Shown: in pieces, positions 20,416 to 30,326 of the stretch | Position numbering within the stretch: position 1 is the first letter of the stretch | How the letters are laid out: the number at the start of each line of letters is the position of its first letter | Source: Promethearchaeota archaeon | GTDB taxonomy: Archaea > Asgardarchaeota > Lokiarchaeia > Sigyniarchaeales > SOKP01 | Direction: 5' to 3' | Assembly: GCA_029838195.1 (NCBI GenBank) | Contig: JALGVJ010000016.1 | Span: 1 to 64,000, forward strand | DNA: 64,000 bases | Notes under the pieces: generated by a model | Told to the model about the DNA's origin: nothing | Database searches by the model: none | Seen by the model: the letters and a program-made list of their open reading frames with translations, nothing else | Translations under genes and position numbers: made by a program

Positions 20416-22332
20416 TCACCCTTTAGGAAGAGTTATGATTATCTTGGTGCCCTTAGAATGATCTCCTGGAATCTTATCTTTAATCGTGATGGTTCCATTA
20501 TAGAGGTCGATAATTTTTTTGACTAGTGTCAACCCAATTCCCATGCCTTTTTTGAACTCTCGTAGTTCATGAGACTCGTGGAAGATTTCATGTTTTTGTT
20601 CATCGGGAATGCCGATTCCGTTATCTATGAATTCAATTTGGATCCAAGGCTTCCCATCTTTATTAACTTGGGATATTTTAATTAATATTTCGATAATGGG
20701 ATTGATACAATATTTTATGGAATTAATGAGGAGATTCTCAAACACGTGCGAGATTAATTCATTTGCTTGCACGATGAATTTTTTTTTTCGAGCTTCGATA
20801 TTGATTATTAATGGTTTATCTTGAAAACTTTTTTTAATATAATCAACACTCGTAAGTAAAAAGTGATACAGATCTAAGGGTTGGAGAATAGGAGAGCCTT
20901 CTTCCAATTTAGAAAGGACTTGAATGTTAGAAATCAATTGTTTAGCTCTTGTCACTTGTTCTTTGATTCGAAGATAATTACTATTTAATTTTTCAGGATG
21001 CGGGGTATCTTTTAATAACTCTAAATTTAATTCCGTGAATCCTCCAATAACCCCGATGATGTTGGCGAAATCATGAGCAAGCAAATTCTTATAAAAGGTA
21101 ATTTGTTGGTAAGCTTCCCGATATTTTTTTTCGGATTCTTTTAATTTCAGTTCGATCTCTTTTAATTCTGTAACATCACGACAAATGCTTCCTAGTAGAT
21201 ATCCTTTTTCTGTTTTAATGGGAAATATGACTTGTTGAATGTATTTTTTATTTCCATGGGCGTCTACTGTTTCATAATCAAGTAATTTTTTAATCCAAGA
21301 TCCTTTTCCCGTCTTTAAGGCTTTTTTTACAAACGATTTGAATTCTTTTTTACTGTTTAGAGTTCTATATCTCAAGGGAGTTATCATGAAAAAAGATTCC
21401 CATGCTGGTTTACCCAATACTTCTGAGGACTTGTATCCAAAAATCTGTTCTTGCGCTCTATTCCATTTAATAATTTTACCTTGTTCATTTATAATTACAA
21501 TCCCATATACCGACTCGTCAATAAATTGGCGAAGCAGTGCTTCATTTCTCTGAATTGTAGAAAGTTCTTTTTTGCGTTCTGTAATATCACGAGAAACAAT
21601 GAGGCCTTTATATTTTCCGTCTAGATCTTTAAATCGTTTTCCCTTGATTTCTAACCACACGTAGTGGCCCTCACGATGTTTGAATCTTAGTTCAACAATA
21701 TCTTCTCCTTCTTTAATTCCTTTTTTAAAAGCATTAATGGCTTTTTGTTTATCCTCGGGATGTATGAATTGAAGAGTATTTTTATGAAATATTTCTTTTA
21801 GAGAATATCCCAAATTTTTTTTAAGAATCGGTTCATTTGTATATTCTAATTCATAGTTTTCATTAATAATGGCAATCAAATCATTCGCATTTTCCATAAT
21901 GAGGCGATATCTATTTTCAGATTCTCGTAACTTTTGTTCAATTTCTTTCTGACGAGTTATCTCACATCCTAAAATTATAATTTTTTTTTCTTGTCCGCTC
22001 TCATGAAACATTGATACTAATAATTCAAACCAATAATAGGCACCATTTTTATGGCGGATTCGCACTTGAAAGATGTTCTTTTCCTTTATAAAGTCTTCCT
22101 TTACAATATGCTTGAACTCTTCGGTTATATCATCGGGATGTATAAATTTTAACAAGCTTTTCCCTACAATTTCTTTTCCCTCAAAACCAAGCATTCTCTT
22201 GTATGCGGGAGTATTGATATATTCAAAAATAAACTCATCATTAATGATTCCAAATAGTACGTTTATATTTTTTGTTATTAAGCGATAAATTTCCTCAATA
22301 TTATGGATGATGGGTTTTTTCTTTTTTGCCAT
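20416..22332 (-). CDS. Triple-PAS sensor histidine kinase
   Basis: Two IHPxD PAS domains plus a third PAS; H-box LLAHDFAN; DNGIG, GMGIGL. Confidence 0.93.
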   Translation of the reverse strand: MAKKKKPIIHNIEEIYRLITKNINVLFGIINDEFIFEYINTPAYKRMLGFEGKEIVGKSLLKFIHPDDITEEFKHIVKEDFIKEKNIFQVRIRHKNGAYYWFELLVSMFHESGQEKKIIILGCEITRQKEIEQKLRESENRYRLIMENANDLIAIINENYELEYTNEPILKKNLGYSLKEIFHKNTLQFIHPEDKQKAINAFKKGIKEGEDIVELRFKHREGHYVWLEIKGKRFKDLDGKYKGLIVSRDITERKKELSTIQRNEALLRQFIDESVYGIVIINEQGKIIKWNRAQEQIFGYKSSEVLGKPAWESFFMITPLRYRTLNSKKEFKSFVKKALKTGKGSWIKKLLDYETVDAHGNKKYIQQVIFPIKTEKGYLLGSICRDVTELKEIELKLKESEKKYREAYQQITFYKNLLAHDFANIIGVIGGFTELNLELLKDTPHPEKLNSNYLRIKEQVTRAKQLISNIQVLSKLEEGSPILQPLDLYHFLLTSVDYIKKSFQDKPLIINIEARKKKFIVQANELISHVFENLLINSIKYCINPIIEILIKISQVNKDGKPWIQIEFIDNGIGIPDEQKHEIFHESHELREFKKGMGIGLTLVKKIIDLYNGTITIKDKIPGDHSKGTKIIITLPKG

Positions 22333-22713
22333 TTTTTTTCTTCTTAGTTCTTTTTTCGCAACGCTCTTGCTTTCTTATTACATGAATACTTGTTTTTTTA
22401 AACTAATAGAAATCCCCTAAAATTTTAATAAAACAAATGTTCATTCTCATGGATATGTCTGTATTTATTTTTTAAGAATTCTTGAACTCATAATGAACAT
22501 TCTTTATTAAATATTTTATTAATTTACGATTAATAAAAAGATTCGCATATGAGGCTTGAAAAAAATAGAAACCCCCTTTAATTTTAAGGAAAAATAATAT
22601 TTTACTTTAAAATTGAATAAAATTTTTAATGTTCAATAAAAACACTCCCACCTCGAAAATCTTTTCTTCTACACGATAGAAATAATAACACCACATTCTC
22701 ATGCTCTCTTATA

Positions 22714-22956
22714 TCATTTTTCAAACGACTTCATGACGACATGAGTATTGGTATTAATTATTCCTTCAATGGGATCGATATTATTTTCAAAAACATCATA
22801 GAGGATTTCAGGAGATTCTACATCAATTTCTGCTAAAATATCATAATCTCCTGTTAGAGAAAGTACTTTTTTAATTTGAGGAATTTTTTTTAACTGGTTT
22901 ATCACGTGTTTCATGGCTTTATGTTCAATTTTACAAAAAATCAAGGCTCTTATCAT
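22714..22956 (-). CDS. Stand-alone Lrp/AsnC ligand-binding (RAM) domain protein
   Basis: LTGDYDILAEI..IEGIINTNT; no HTH. Confidence 0.88.
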   Translation of the reverse strand: MIRALIFCKIEHKAMKHVINQLKKIPQIKKVLSLTGDYDILAEIDVESPEILYDVFENNIDPIEGIINTNTHVVMKSFEK

Positions 22957-22996
22957 GTTTTACTTGACCCCTATTAAATTGGTGTTCTTTACATCC

Positions 22997-24328
22997 TTAT
23001 ATGGTTTCTAATTTATTAATTTGAGTCATAAATAAGATTTCAACATCATCCATTTCTAATTTTGTTTTTAATTCTGTATTGATTAAATAATACAATTCTT
23101 TAATGGAATTTGTTTTCACGGTAAGTAATAAATCGTGTGTACCAATGAGAGACTCCACGCGCGTGATTCCATTTAGTTTTAACAGTTTTAACGGCAATCC
23201 TTTAAATAAATGAAATTTATATTTTAATAAAATTAACGCATTCACCTTGTTTCTCGATTCATGAGCATATCTTAATAAAATTGAAATGCTCAATAGAAAT
23301 AACACGATAATTAAGAAATCTAAAGGGAAAAATTCTCCAATGAGGAGTACGCCGAAAAGAATTCCACCAATGGGCTCGATTAACATGACAATGCTTTCCC
23401 ATTGAGAAAAGGTGAGGTAATATGGATTCCAATTCACGCTTGCGATGAAAAACAGCAAATAAGGAATCACGGTGGAAAAAATAATTAAAAAAAGAATTTC
23501 CCATTTAATTAGAATTGAGGGTAAAATAGTAAGTTCAAACAAAAATTGCATTAATTCTTTTGTTAAAATCATGGAAAAAGGAAAAAAATAAACAACAAGT
23601 AAAAAGGGAATCATGAATAAAATACCCGTTAAAAACACGAGAGAAATTTTAAATAACAATTTTACCATTTTAAAATTTTTATTTCGATTTGAAAATTCAA
23701 TCTCTTCCTTGGAAAAAGATTCTTTTCCCATAGAAATATTTAAAAAACTCATGCAAATAGCCATTGAGAACACGTAGAGAAAACCTAAAAAAGAAATAGA
23801 AACTGGTTGCTTATGTTGATAAAGTTGAAATTGAACATGACTAATAATGGATATACAAAAAATTAAAATAATTAAATATAATACCTTAAAAAAGTCTAAT
23901 TTTTCAGCTTCCACGCCATGCTCATAAAAAGCGACTAGAATGATTGAAATTTGATATCCAATCATCGTGAAGGCGATCGTGGTTTCTTTTAACGCAAGGA
24001 AATAGAAAATAACTTGAAGGATGATGCCGAAAAACCCTAAAATGCAATAATAATAAATGAATTTAACGTTAAAAAACCGTTTATTTCGGTGATTAATATA
24101 TTTGAAGAGATTTCTTAATAAAATTCGCATTTGGGGGTCGTTCATCTTCTTATTATTAAAAAAAATGAATAACAAGGCTAAAAAAAAGAAAAAAATGCCC
24201 GCAATTAAAAATCGAAGAAATAATATCGTGAAAATAGAGAGTTGGTCAAATAAATTAACCACTATAGCAGGAATGAGGCTCCACAATATACTTGCGAGAA
24301 TCAAATTAAAAATATATTTATTTTGCAT
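22997..24328 (-). CDS. EamA/DMT transporter fused to a C-terminal Lrp/AsnC (RAM) domain
   Basis: About 10 TM segments with LFLRF, ALKETT, IEPIGG..LLIGE; C-terminal LNGITRVESLIGTHDLLLTV. Confidence 0.78.
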   Translation of the reverse strand: MQNKYIFNLILASILWSLIPAIVVNLFDQLSIFTILFLRFLIAGIFFFFLALLFIFFNNKKMNDPQMRILLRNLFKYINHRNKRFFNVKFIYYYCILGFFGIILQVIFYFLALKETTIAFTMIGYQISIILVAFYEHGVEAEKLDFFKVLYLIILIFCISIISHVQFQLYQHKQPVSISFLGFLYVFSMAICMSFLNISMGKESFSKEEIEFSNRNKNFKMVKLLFKISLVFLTGILFMIPFLLVVYFFPFSMILTKELMQFLFELTILPSILIKWEILFLIIFSTVIPYLLFFIASVNWNPYYLTFSQWESIVMLIEPIGGILFGVLLIGEFFPLDFLIIVLFLLSISILLRYAHESRNKVNALILLKYKFHLFKGLPLKLLKLNGITRVESLIGTHDLLLTVKTNSIKELYYLINTELKTKLEMDDVEILFMTQINKLETI

Positions 24329-24891
24329 TAAAACGTACCTTCTCTAAAACTCACCATGGTTTAATGAGGTTTTAAATATTAACATTTAAAAGAATTTATC
24401 TTTTACTAAAGTTCGACAAGTCCTATTAATATTTGCCTTCTCGCTTAAGGAGGGTCTAAAGCATGTGGATTCCCTCCATGGATTAACGTGTATATAACTC
24501 GAGCCATCTTGCACGCCCTACATCTTCTTTTAAGGAGGTAATCCAGGCGCCAAAGATCCCCTCGTGAAATGTTCTTCAAAAAAATTTATGATAAGTGGGT
24601 TTTTTTCCACGACTAGCATGTGAAGATAAAAGGCTCTCCCTTTCTTATAAAAGCGTGCATGATGAGGGTGATATGTCAAGCTTTTTCCACGTGAGCCTTT
24701 CTCATATCATTAGAAGGTACTTTAGAAGATAATAATGAATTTTCCTGAAAAAAAGTGCTAAAATTCGAACTTATAACGAAATGCGGGTGAAGAATGATAT
24801 TTAATTTTTTTTTCTCTTGAATAATTCACTACGTAAAACCTTAAAAAAAACCTTTGAAATGAAGTAATTCAAACCTATTATGAATTCGTTT

Positions 24892-25518
24892 TTATCCTTC
24901 TTTCATCTCATTAAATTTCTCAAGGGGAGAAATTGATTTTACACTCCATAACCATTTTTCTCTAAGCCGAAATCCCGGAATGAATCTCGATTTTAACCAT
25001 TCTTCTTCTTTATGTGAAGTATAATTTTTATTTTTCCAATATATTTTGACTTTTTTTTCCATTGGATTAATTATCCAAATTTCTTTTACGCCTGAATCTA
25101 AATATTTTGGCAATTTTTTATTTAAATCATTATCTTTAGTAGAGGGTGATAAAATTTCAAAAGTTACGGTCGCTGGCCCATCTAAATAATTTTCTTTTAA
25201 ATTTTTTTCATCTTCTGAAGTAATAAACATTATATCCGGTTCTGGAGCCCATGTTGAAGATAACCTCATTGTAAATCTCGAGCCCACAACCAACCCTAAT
25301 TTTTTCCCTTGAACGTGTAATTCAAGAAGGGTAAGTAAAAATTTAAAAATTAGTTCGTGTTCTAAGGACGCTGGAGATTGAATAATTAAAACCCCATCTA
25401 TTAATTCACATTTAATATCTTCGTGGGCATATTCCAGGTATTTTTCAAAATTAAAATTTTGAATATATATTGTATATGGTTCTGGTAATGGCTTGTTATG
25501 AAATAAAATGCTCATCAA
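24892..25518 (-). CDS. Uma2 (DUF820) family PD-(D/E)xK endonuclease
   Basis: ELIDG, PEPDIMF, FEILSPST, GVKEIWIINP. Confidence 0.9.
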   Translation of the reverse strand: MMSILFHNKPLPEPYTIYIQNFNFEKYLEYAHEDIKCELIDGVLIIQSPASLEHELIFKFLLTLLELHVQGKKLGLVVGSRFTMRLSSTWAPEPDIMFITSEDEKNLKENYLDGPATVTFEILSPSTKDNDLNKKLPKYLDSGVKEIWIINPMEKKVKIYWKNKNYTSHKEEEWLKSRFIPGFRLREKWLWSVKSISPLEKFNEMKEG

Positions 25519-25704
25519 TTGCTCACCATTCTATTTATATTTATGATAGTATATATTCTTATTCCTCAGATAAGAAAAAGCCTCTTCTCATTTTCTCTAA
25601 GGTATGTTAAACCCAATCTTAAAACATGGATGAATTTGCCCTAAATTATTGAATATTTAATTGAGTGAAAATATTAAAAAATCCATTTAGTTTTTTTAAA
25701 AAAA

Positions 25705-27381
25705 TTAAAAAATTTGGATGCTTTCATATTTGCCATAGACTTCTCTTAAAATATCGCAAATTTCTTGAACAGTCGCCAGAGCTTTTACAGCAGTAATGAT
25801 TGAGGGCATGAGATTTTCATTATTTTTTGCGGCTTCTTTAACTTGATTCAAGGCGTCAGTAAGTTTAGCATTATCCCGTGTTTTTTTGAATTCGTTTAAT
25901 GATTCAATAATTTTTTTTTCTGCATCATCATCATGTATAAAAATTTCCATTGTTTGCTTTTCTTCAATGCAGTACATATTAACACCAATTCTTTTCAATT
26001 CACCAGTTTCAATTTTTTGCTGTTCCAAATATGCATTGTTTTGGATTTCTTGTTGGATGTATCCTTTTTCTATCGCTTTTACCATGCCTCCCAGCTCATC
26101 AATTTTCTTTATATAATTTATGGCCTCTTGTTCTAATTTGTTGGTAAGCCATTCTAAATAGAAGGAGCCTCCTAAGGGATCTACCACATCGGTAACACCA
26201 GATTCATGAGCAAGGACTTGCTGAGTTCTTAAAGAAAGTCTTACGGATTCTTCCGTGGGGAGAGAGAGAGCCTCATCAGCTCCGCACACGTGAAGGGACT
26301 GTGTACCTCCTAATACGGCAGCGAGTGCTTGCATGGTAGTCCTGATAATATTGACTTTTGGTTGTTGGGCTGTTAAAGTCACTCCGGCGGTTTGCGTGTG
26401 GAAGCGGAGCCTCATGGATTCTGGTTTTTTTGCTTGAAATCGATTTTTCATGATTTTAGCCCATAATCTTCTCGCAGCTCTAAATTTTGCGATCTCTTCG
26501 AAAAAATAATTATGACATGCGAAAAAGAAAGACAAGCGAGGAGCAAAAACATCCACATCGATTCCTCTTTTAATCACTTCTTCCACGTAAGCAATGCCAT
26601 CTGCTAAGGTAAATGCTATTTCTTGAACGGCAGTGCATCCCGCCTCTCGCATGTGGTATCCACTAATGCTCATGCTATTCATGTTTGGTAATTCTTTAGC
26701 ACAATATTCAATAACGTCTGCTACTAATTTTAAAGAAGGCCCAGGAGGGAAAATATAAGTACCTCGGGCAACATATTCTTTTAATATATCATTTTGAACC
26801 GTCCCTCTCAATTGTTCTGGTTTTACTCCTTGTTTTTCTCCTACTGCGATGTACATGGCTAACAATATGGCTGTAGGGGCATTTATTGTCATGCTAGTTG
26901 ATACTTTATCTAACGGAATGCCTTCAAAAATCTTTTCAAAATCTAGTAAGGAATTTATTGTCACGCCGATTTTACCCACTTCTCCTAAACAAATTGGATT
27001 GTCAGAGTCAAATCCCATTTGCGTGGGCAAATCAAACGCGACCGAGAGTCCTTTTTGTCCTTGAGAAAGTAAATACTTGAATCGTTTATTTGTTTGAGCC
27101 GCATCCGCAAATCCGCTATATTGTCGCATAGTCCACAATCTCCCGCGATACATGTTCGGATAAACGCCACGTGTAAAGGGATATTCTCCGGGAAATCCTA
27201 AATCCTCCACGAAATCCAAATCTTTATTATCCTCAGGAGTATAAATGAGCTTTAATGGAATACCTGACAAAGTTTCAAATTTTTCTTTTCTCTCTCCTTT
27301 CGCAATGACTTTTGATAATACTCCTTCTTCCCAATCCTTTCTTCTCTTTTCAATCTCCTCAATTTTTTCTTTAGAATACAT
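25705..27381 (-). CDS. Methylmalonyl-CoA mutase, large (substrate-binding) subunit
   Basis: [55 protein letters not shown]; no B12-binding domain. Confidence 0.95.
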   Translation of the reverse strand: MYSKEKIEEIEKRRKDWEEGVLSKVIAKGERKEKFETLSGIPLKLIYTPEDNKDLDFVEDLGFPGEYPFTRGVYPNMYRGRLWTMRQYSGFADAAQTNKRFKYLLSQGQKGLSVAFDLPTQMGFDSDNPICLGEVGKIGVTINSLLDFEKIFEGIPLDKVSTSMTINAPTAILLAMYIAVGEKQGVKPEQLRGTVQNDILKEYVARGTYIFPPGPSLKLVADVIEYCAKELPNMNSMSISGYHMREAGCTAVQEIAFTLADGIAYVEEVIKRGIDVDVFAPRLSFFFACHNYFFEEIAKFRAARRLWAKIMKNRFQAKKPESMRLRFHTQTAGVTLTAQQPKVNIIRTTMQALAAVLGGTQSLHVCGADEALSLPTEESVRLSLRTQQVLAHESGVTDVVDPLGGSFYLEWLTNKLEQEAINYIKKIDELGGMVKAIEKGYIQQEIQNNAYLEQQKIETGELKRIGVNMYCIEEKQTMEIFIHDDDAEKKIIESLNEFKKTRDNAKLTDALNQVKEAAKNNENLMPSIITAVKALATVQEICDILREVYGKYESIQIF

Positions 27382-27407
27382 TTTTCTTCTAAAAATGACA
27401 TGCTTTT

Positions 27408-27761
27408 TTACAAGGGATAAAATACATGAGTATATATTTCTTGACCATTTAAATCATTACAAATTTTTTCATGGCGCACCTCTACTTCCATCCCAATTTC
27501 TAAATTTTCCTCCCTGCTTAATTGACCTAAGGCTTTAATCCCATTTGGAAACTCTACAATTCCTAAAGCATAGGATGGTTTATCACGAAATTCCATTGGA
27601 GGTGCTTTTAAAATCGTGAAAGTTAATAATTTTCCTTTTTCAGGTAGTTCAATCAGTTCAAATTCTACATGCTTACATTTTAAACAGCGCAGGTGGGTTC
27701 TGAACTGCACGTGCCCACAATTTTTACATTTTTTCCATTTCTCCTCTTTTATCTCTGAAAT
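27408..27761 (-). CDS. DUF35 Zn-ribbon/OB-fold protein (thiolase partner)
   Basis: The frame extends upstream to [24 protein letters not shown] (two CxxC); [17 protein letters not shown]; probable ATT start at 27761. Confidence 0.85.
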   Translation of the reverse strand: MSEIKEEKWKKCKNCGHVQFRTHLRCLKCKHVEFELIELPEKGKLLTFTILKAPPMEFRDKPSYALGIVEFPNGIKALGQLSREENLEIGMEVEVRHEKICNDLNGQEIYTHVFYPL

Positions 27762-28042
27762 AACACATCACCAAGGAAATGAGTTCTTACCTATCGTTTC
27801 ATGGCGAAATATATAAAAAGACATGATTAATGGAAGAAAATCAAGAAAAATTTAAAAATTCATTGCTGTTCTGGTTTTTTTCCGAGATGATTCTTGTTAT
27901 AATTGAAAAAACAAAACTTATCTTGATAATAAAAATTTAATCTTTAAATCTAATGTTCTTGTTCTTTTTACATGAAAGTTTTACATGCTATCTAAAAATA
28001 AATATACATGTTTCTTTCATATACATTCTTTTGAGTTCATTC

Positions 28043-28088
28043 TAAAAAGAATGCAAGTTTTATTTTAAAAAGAATGCAAGTTTTATTT
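28043..28088. repeat. Perfect 23-bp tandem duplication TAAAAAGAATGCAAGTTTTATTT x2
   Basis: Copies at 28043-28065 and 28066-28088. Confidence 0.9.
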
Positions 28089-28303
28089 ATTTTTGAAAAA
28101 ATAATGAGATAATTATATTCATTATGATTTAATTCTTGCTAATTCTGGTTCGAAATTAAGATTTTTAATCTAAATAGACAATTCTTCTTCCGGAATTCAT
28201 CTTGCTTCCTTTAATTTTTATCAACGCTCCATTAAAATAAAGTTTGATATGCATGATGTTATAAATCTTTATTCCATTCTTTTTTTGTTTAAATTTATTT
28301 AGA

Positions 28304-29074
28304 CTAATTTTTTGAATGCTTTTTTGGATAAGCAATTTCCGGGTGTTTCATTATAAATGATTTTTCAAGGTTTATAGCCATGAGATTAGCAATTGGGAGG
28401 GGGATTCCTAAAGATAAGTAATCTTGAGGAAACCAGCTATTACCCGTAGGATCCGTAGGGCCAATAATTGCTTTTTCTTCTTGTCTATTTAATAAATTCG
28501 CCGGATAGGTGACGAAAGAAGCACAAGAAGGGCCCCAAGGCATTTCTATGACAAAATCCTTTCCAGATTGAAAATAAATTAAAGAACACAAGTTTCTTAT
28601 TTGTTCTGAATTACCAAAACACAAGAATGACTTGACATCAATATTCTCATCTTCGATTGAGGTTGATTTTTGGATTATTGTACACGTGCTTAATGGGTTG
28701 ATCGTTCCAATTGAATCGAGTTTTTCTTGGGCAAGATCGGGATCTGCTAACAAAAATTCAGCAGCTCCTCCTCTAAAATCCTTGGAACCCGTGGAAAGAA
28801 AGTATTTTAACTGAGGAATGAAAGATTTATATCCAAACCAAGCTTGCCCTCCCGGACAGCATCCCTCCAGTGTTTTTTTATCCAGATAAATCGCATCAAT
28901 TTCCTTACTTATGGATAAAGTAAAGATTGCTTTAGCAATACAACGATTAATTTTTACTAGTGGTATGGCATTTTTAGGAATAATTTCCGCCCCATATATA
29001 CATAATGGCGTGGTTTCTAACCTCCCAGCCATTTTCAACTTGATTCCAATTTCTTTTATATTTAGTTCATCCAT
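28304..29074 (-). CDS. DUF169 family protein
   Basis: CCPGGQAWFG, FGNSEQIRNL, WGPSCAS pattern. Confidence 0.75.
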   Translation of the reverse strand: MDELNIKEIGIKLKMAGRLETTPLCIYGAEIIPKNAIPLVKINRCIAKAIFTLSISKEIDAIYLDKKTLEGCCPGGQAWFGYKSFIPQLKYFLSTGSKDFRGGAAEFLLADPDLAQEKLDSIGTINPLSTCTIIQKSTSIEDENIDVKSFLCFGNSEQIRNLCSLIYFQSGKDFVIEMPWGPSCASFVTYPANLLNRQEEKAIIGPTDPTGNSWFPQDYLSLGIPLPIANLMAINLEKSFIMKHPEIAYPKKHSKN

Positions 29075-29199
29075 GAAAGGATGTAATGCATTTAAATTAA
29101 AAAAACTAATGAAATGCTGAGTAAACGGTTAGATACCTTTCCAATGGAATTGAATTGCAATAATTGCACCAGGTCACGTTTAAAATTCAAGAATAAAGT

Positions 29200-29403
29200 T
29201 CATTCTAATAAAGGAATGCCTTCCTCTAATATAGTAAGAATAAATGGGTTTTCTAATTCTTTCATTTTTTTAAATTCTTGGGGTGTATATACCAATACTT
29301 CAATAGAGAGACCCGGTGGAGTTAAATCTAAAATGGCTCCGATTCTATCAAAAAAACGTTGTTTAAAATTTCCAATTATAACGAGATCGAAATCTTTTTT
29401 CTT
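29200..29403 (-). pseudogene. 5'-truncated minimal nucleotidyltransferase
   Basis: KDFDLVIIGNFKQRFFDRI..IEVLVYTPQEFKKM..NPFILTILEEGIPL*; an in-frame TAG precedes it and the GS..G motif is missing. Confidence 0.8.
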
Positions 29404-29433
29404 CTAAAAAAGATTTAACCTAAATGTTTTGAG

Positions 29434-30303
29434 TCAGTATCCTTTTAATTTTTTTATTATTATTTTTGGGATCTCCCAAGGAAATTCTGCTATATGAACT
29501 CCTGCTTCTCTAAGAGCTTTTATCTTTCCTTGAGCTGTACCAGCGTTTCCAGAAATAATTGCTCCTGCATGGCCCATCCGCTTGCCTTGAGTAGCATATT
29601 TTCCAGCAATGTAAGCAACCACCGGTTTGGAAAAACCATTCTTAATATATTCTGCTACTTTTTCTTCCTCATCACCTCCGATTTCTCCTATAAGAACAAT
29701 AAATCTCGCTTGAGCATTTTTTTCATGATATTTTACAGCTTCCAGCATCGTAATGCCTCGAACGGGATCCCCTCCAATTCCAATAAATGCCGTTAGCCCT
29801 AATCCCGAAACTTTCAAAAAATGAGCAATTTCATAAGAAAGAGTACCACTCTTTGAAATTAAAGCAATTTCTCCCGGTAAACTCAAGTCATTTGGCATGA
29901 TTCCTAATTTTATTTGATTCGGAATTAGAATTCCTGGCGTATTAGGACCCAAGATACGGGCTTTTCTTTTTCTTGCCAAGTCAATGATTCGAATTACGTC
30001 ATGAACGGGTATATTTTCCGTGATAATACATATAAAACCTATTCCGGCGAATAAACTTTCTTCAACGGCTTCTCGAGCAAATCTCGCAGGTACAAATACA
30101 ATGCTGGTATCAGCATCGTGTTCTTTAACCGCTTCTTTGACAGTACTATACACGGGAATTCCATGGATTTCTTGCCCTCCTTTATTGGGAGTAACACCAG
30201 CTACTACATTCGTGCCGAAATCTAACATTAACTTGGCATGAAATTTTCCTTGATTTCCCGTAATACCTTGAATTATAACTCGAGAATTTTTATTGATATA
30301 CAT
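29434..30303 (-). CDS. sucD: Succinyl-CoA synthetase alpha subunit
   Basis: QGITG, GVTP, GPNTPG, SKSGTL, GIGGD, GEIGG, MGHAGA (phospho-His). Confidence 0.95.
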   Translation of the reverse strand: MYINKNSRVIIQGITGNQGKFHAKLMLDFGTNVVAGVTPNKGGQEIHGIPVYSTVKEAVKEHDADTSIVFVPARFAREAVEESLFAGIGFICIITENIPVHDVIRIIDLARKRKARILGPNTPGILIPNQIKLGIMPNDLSLPGEIALISKSGTLSYEIAHFLKVSGLGLTAFIGIGGDPVRGITMLEAVKYHEKNAQARFIVLIGEIGGDEEEKVAEYIKNGFSKPVVAYIAGKYATQGKRMGHAGAIISGNAGTAQGKIKALREAGVHIAEFPWEIPKIIIKKLKGY

Positions 30304-30326
30304 GGTCGTTTTTACTCCTAATTATT

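Noticed and set aside
24520-24570. 16S rRNA gene
   Set aside because: The similarity covers only about 30 nt; the adjacent conserved GTAACAAGG motif and the rest of the gene are absent
28043-28088. CRISPR array
   Set aside because: Only two adjacent copies with no spacer, and no cas genes in the window
29114-29407. 97-aa plus-strand ORF
   Set aside because: It is antisense to the MNT remnant, which has recognisable motifs
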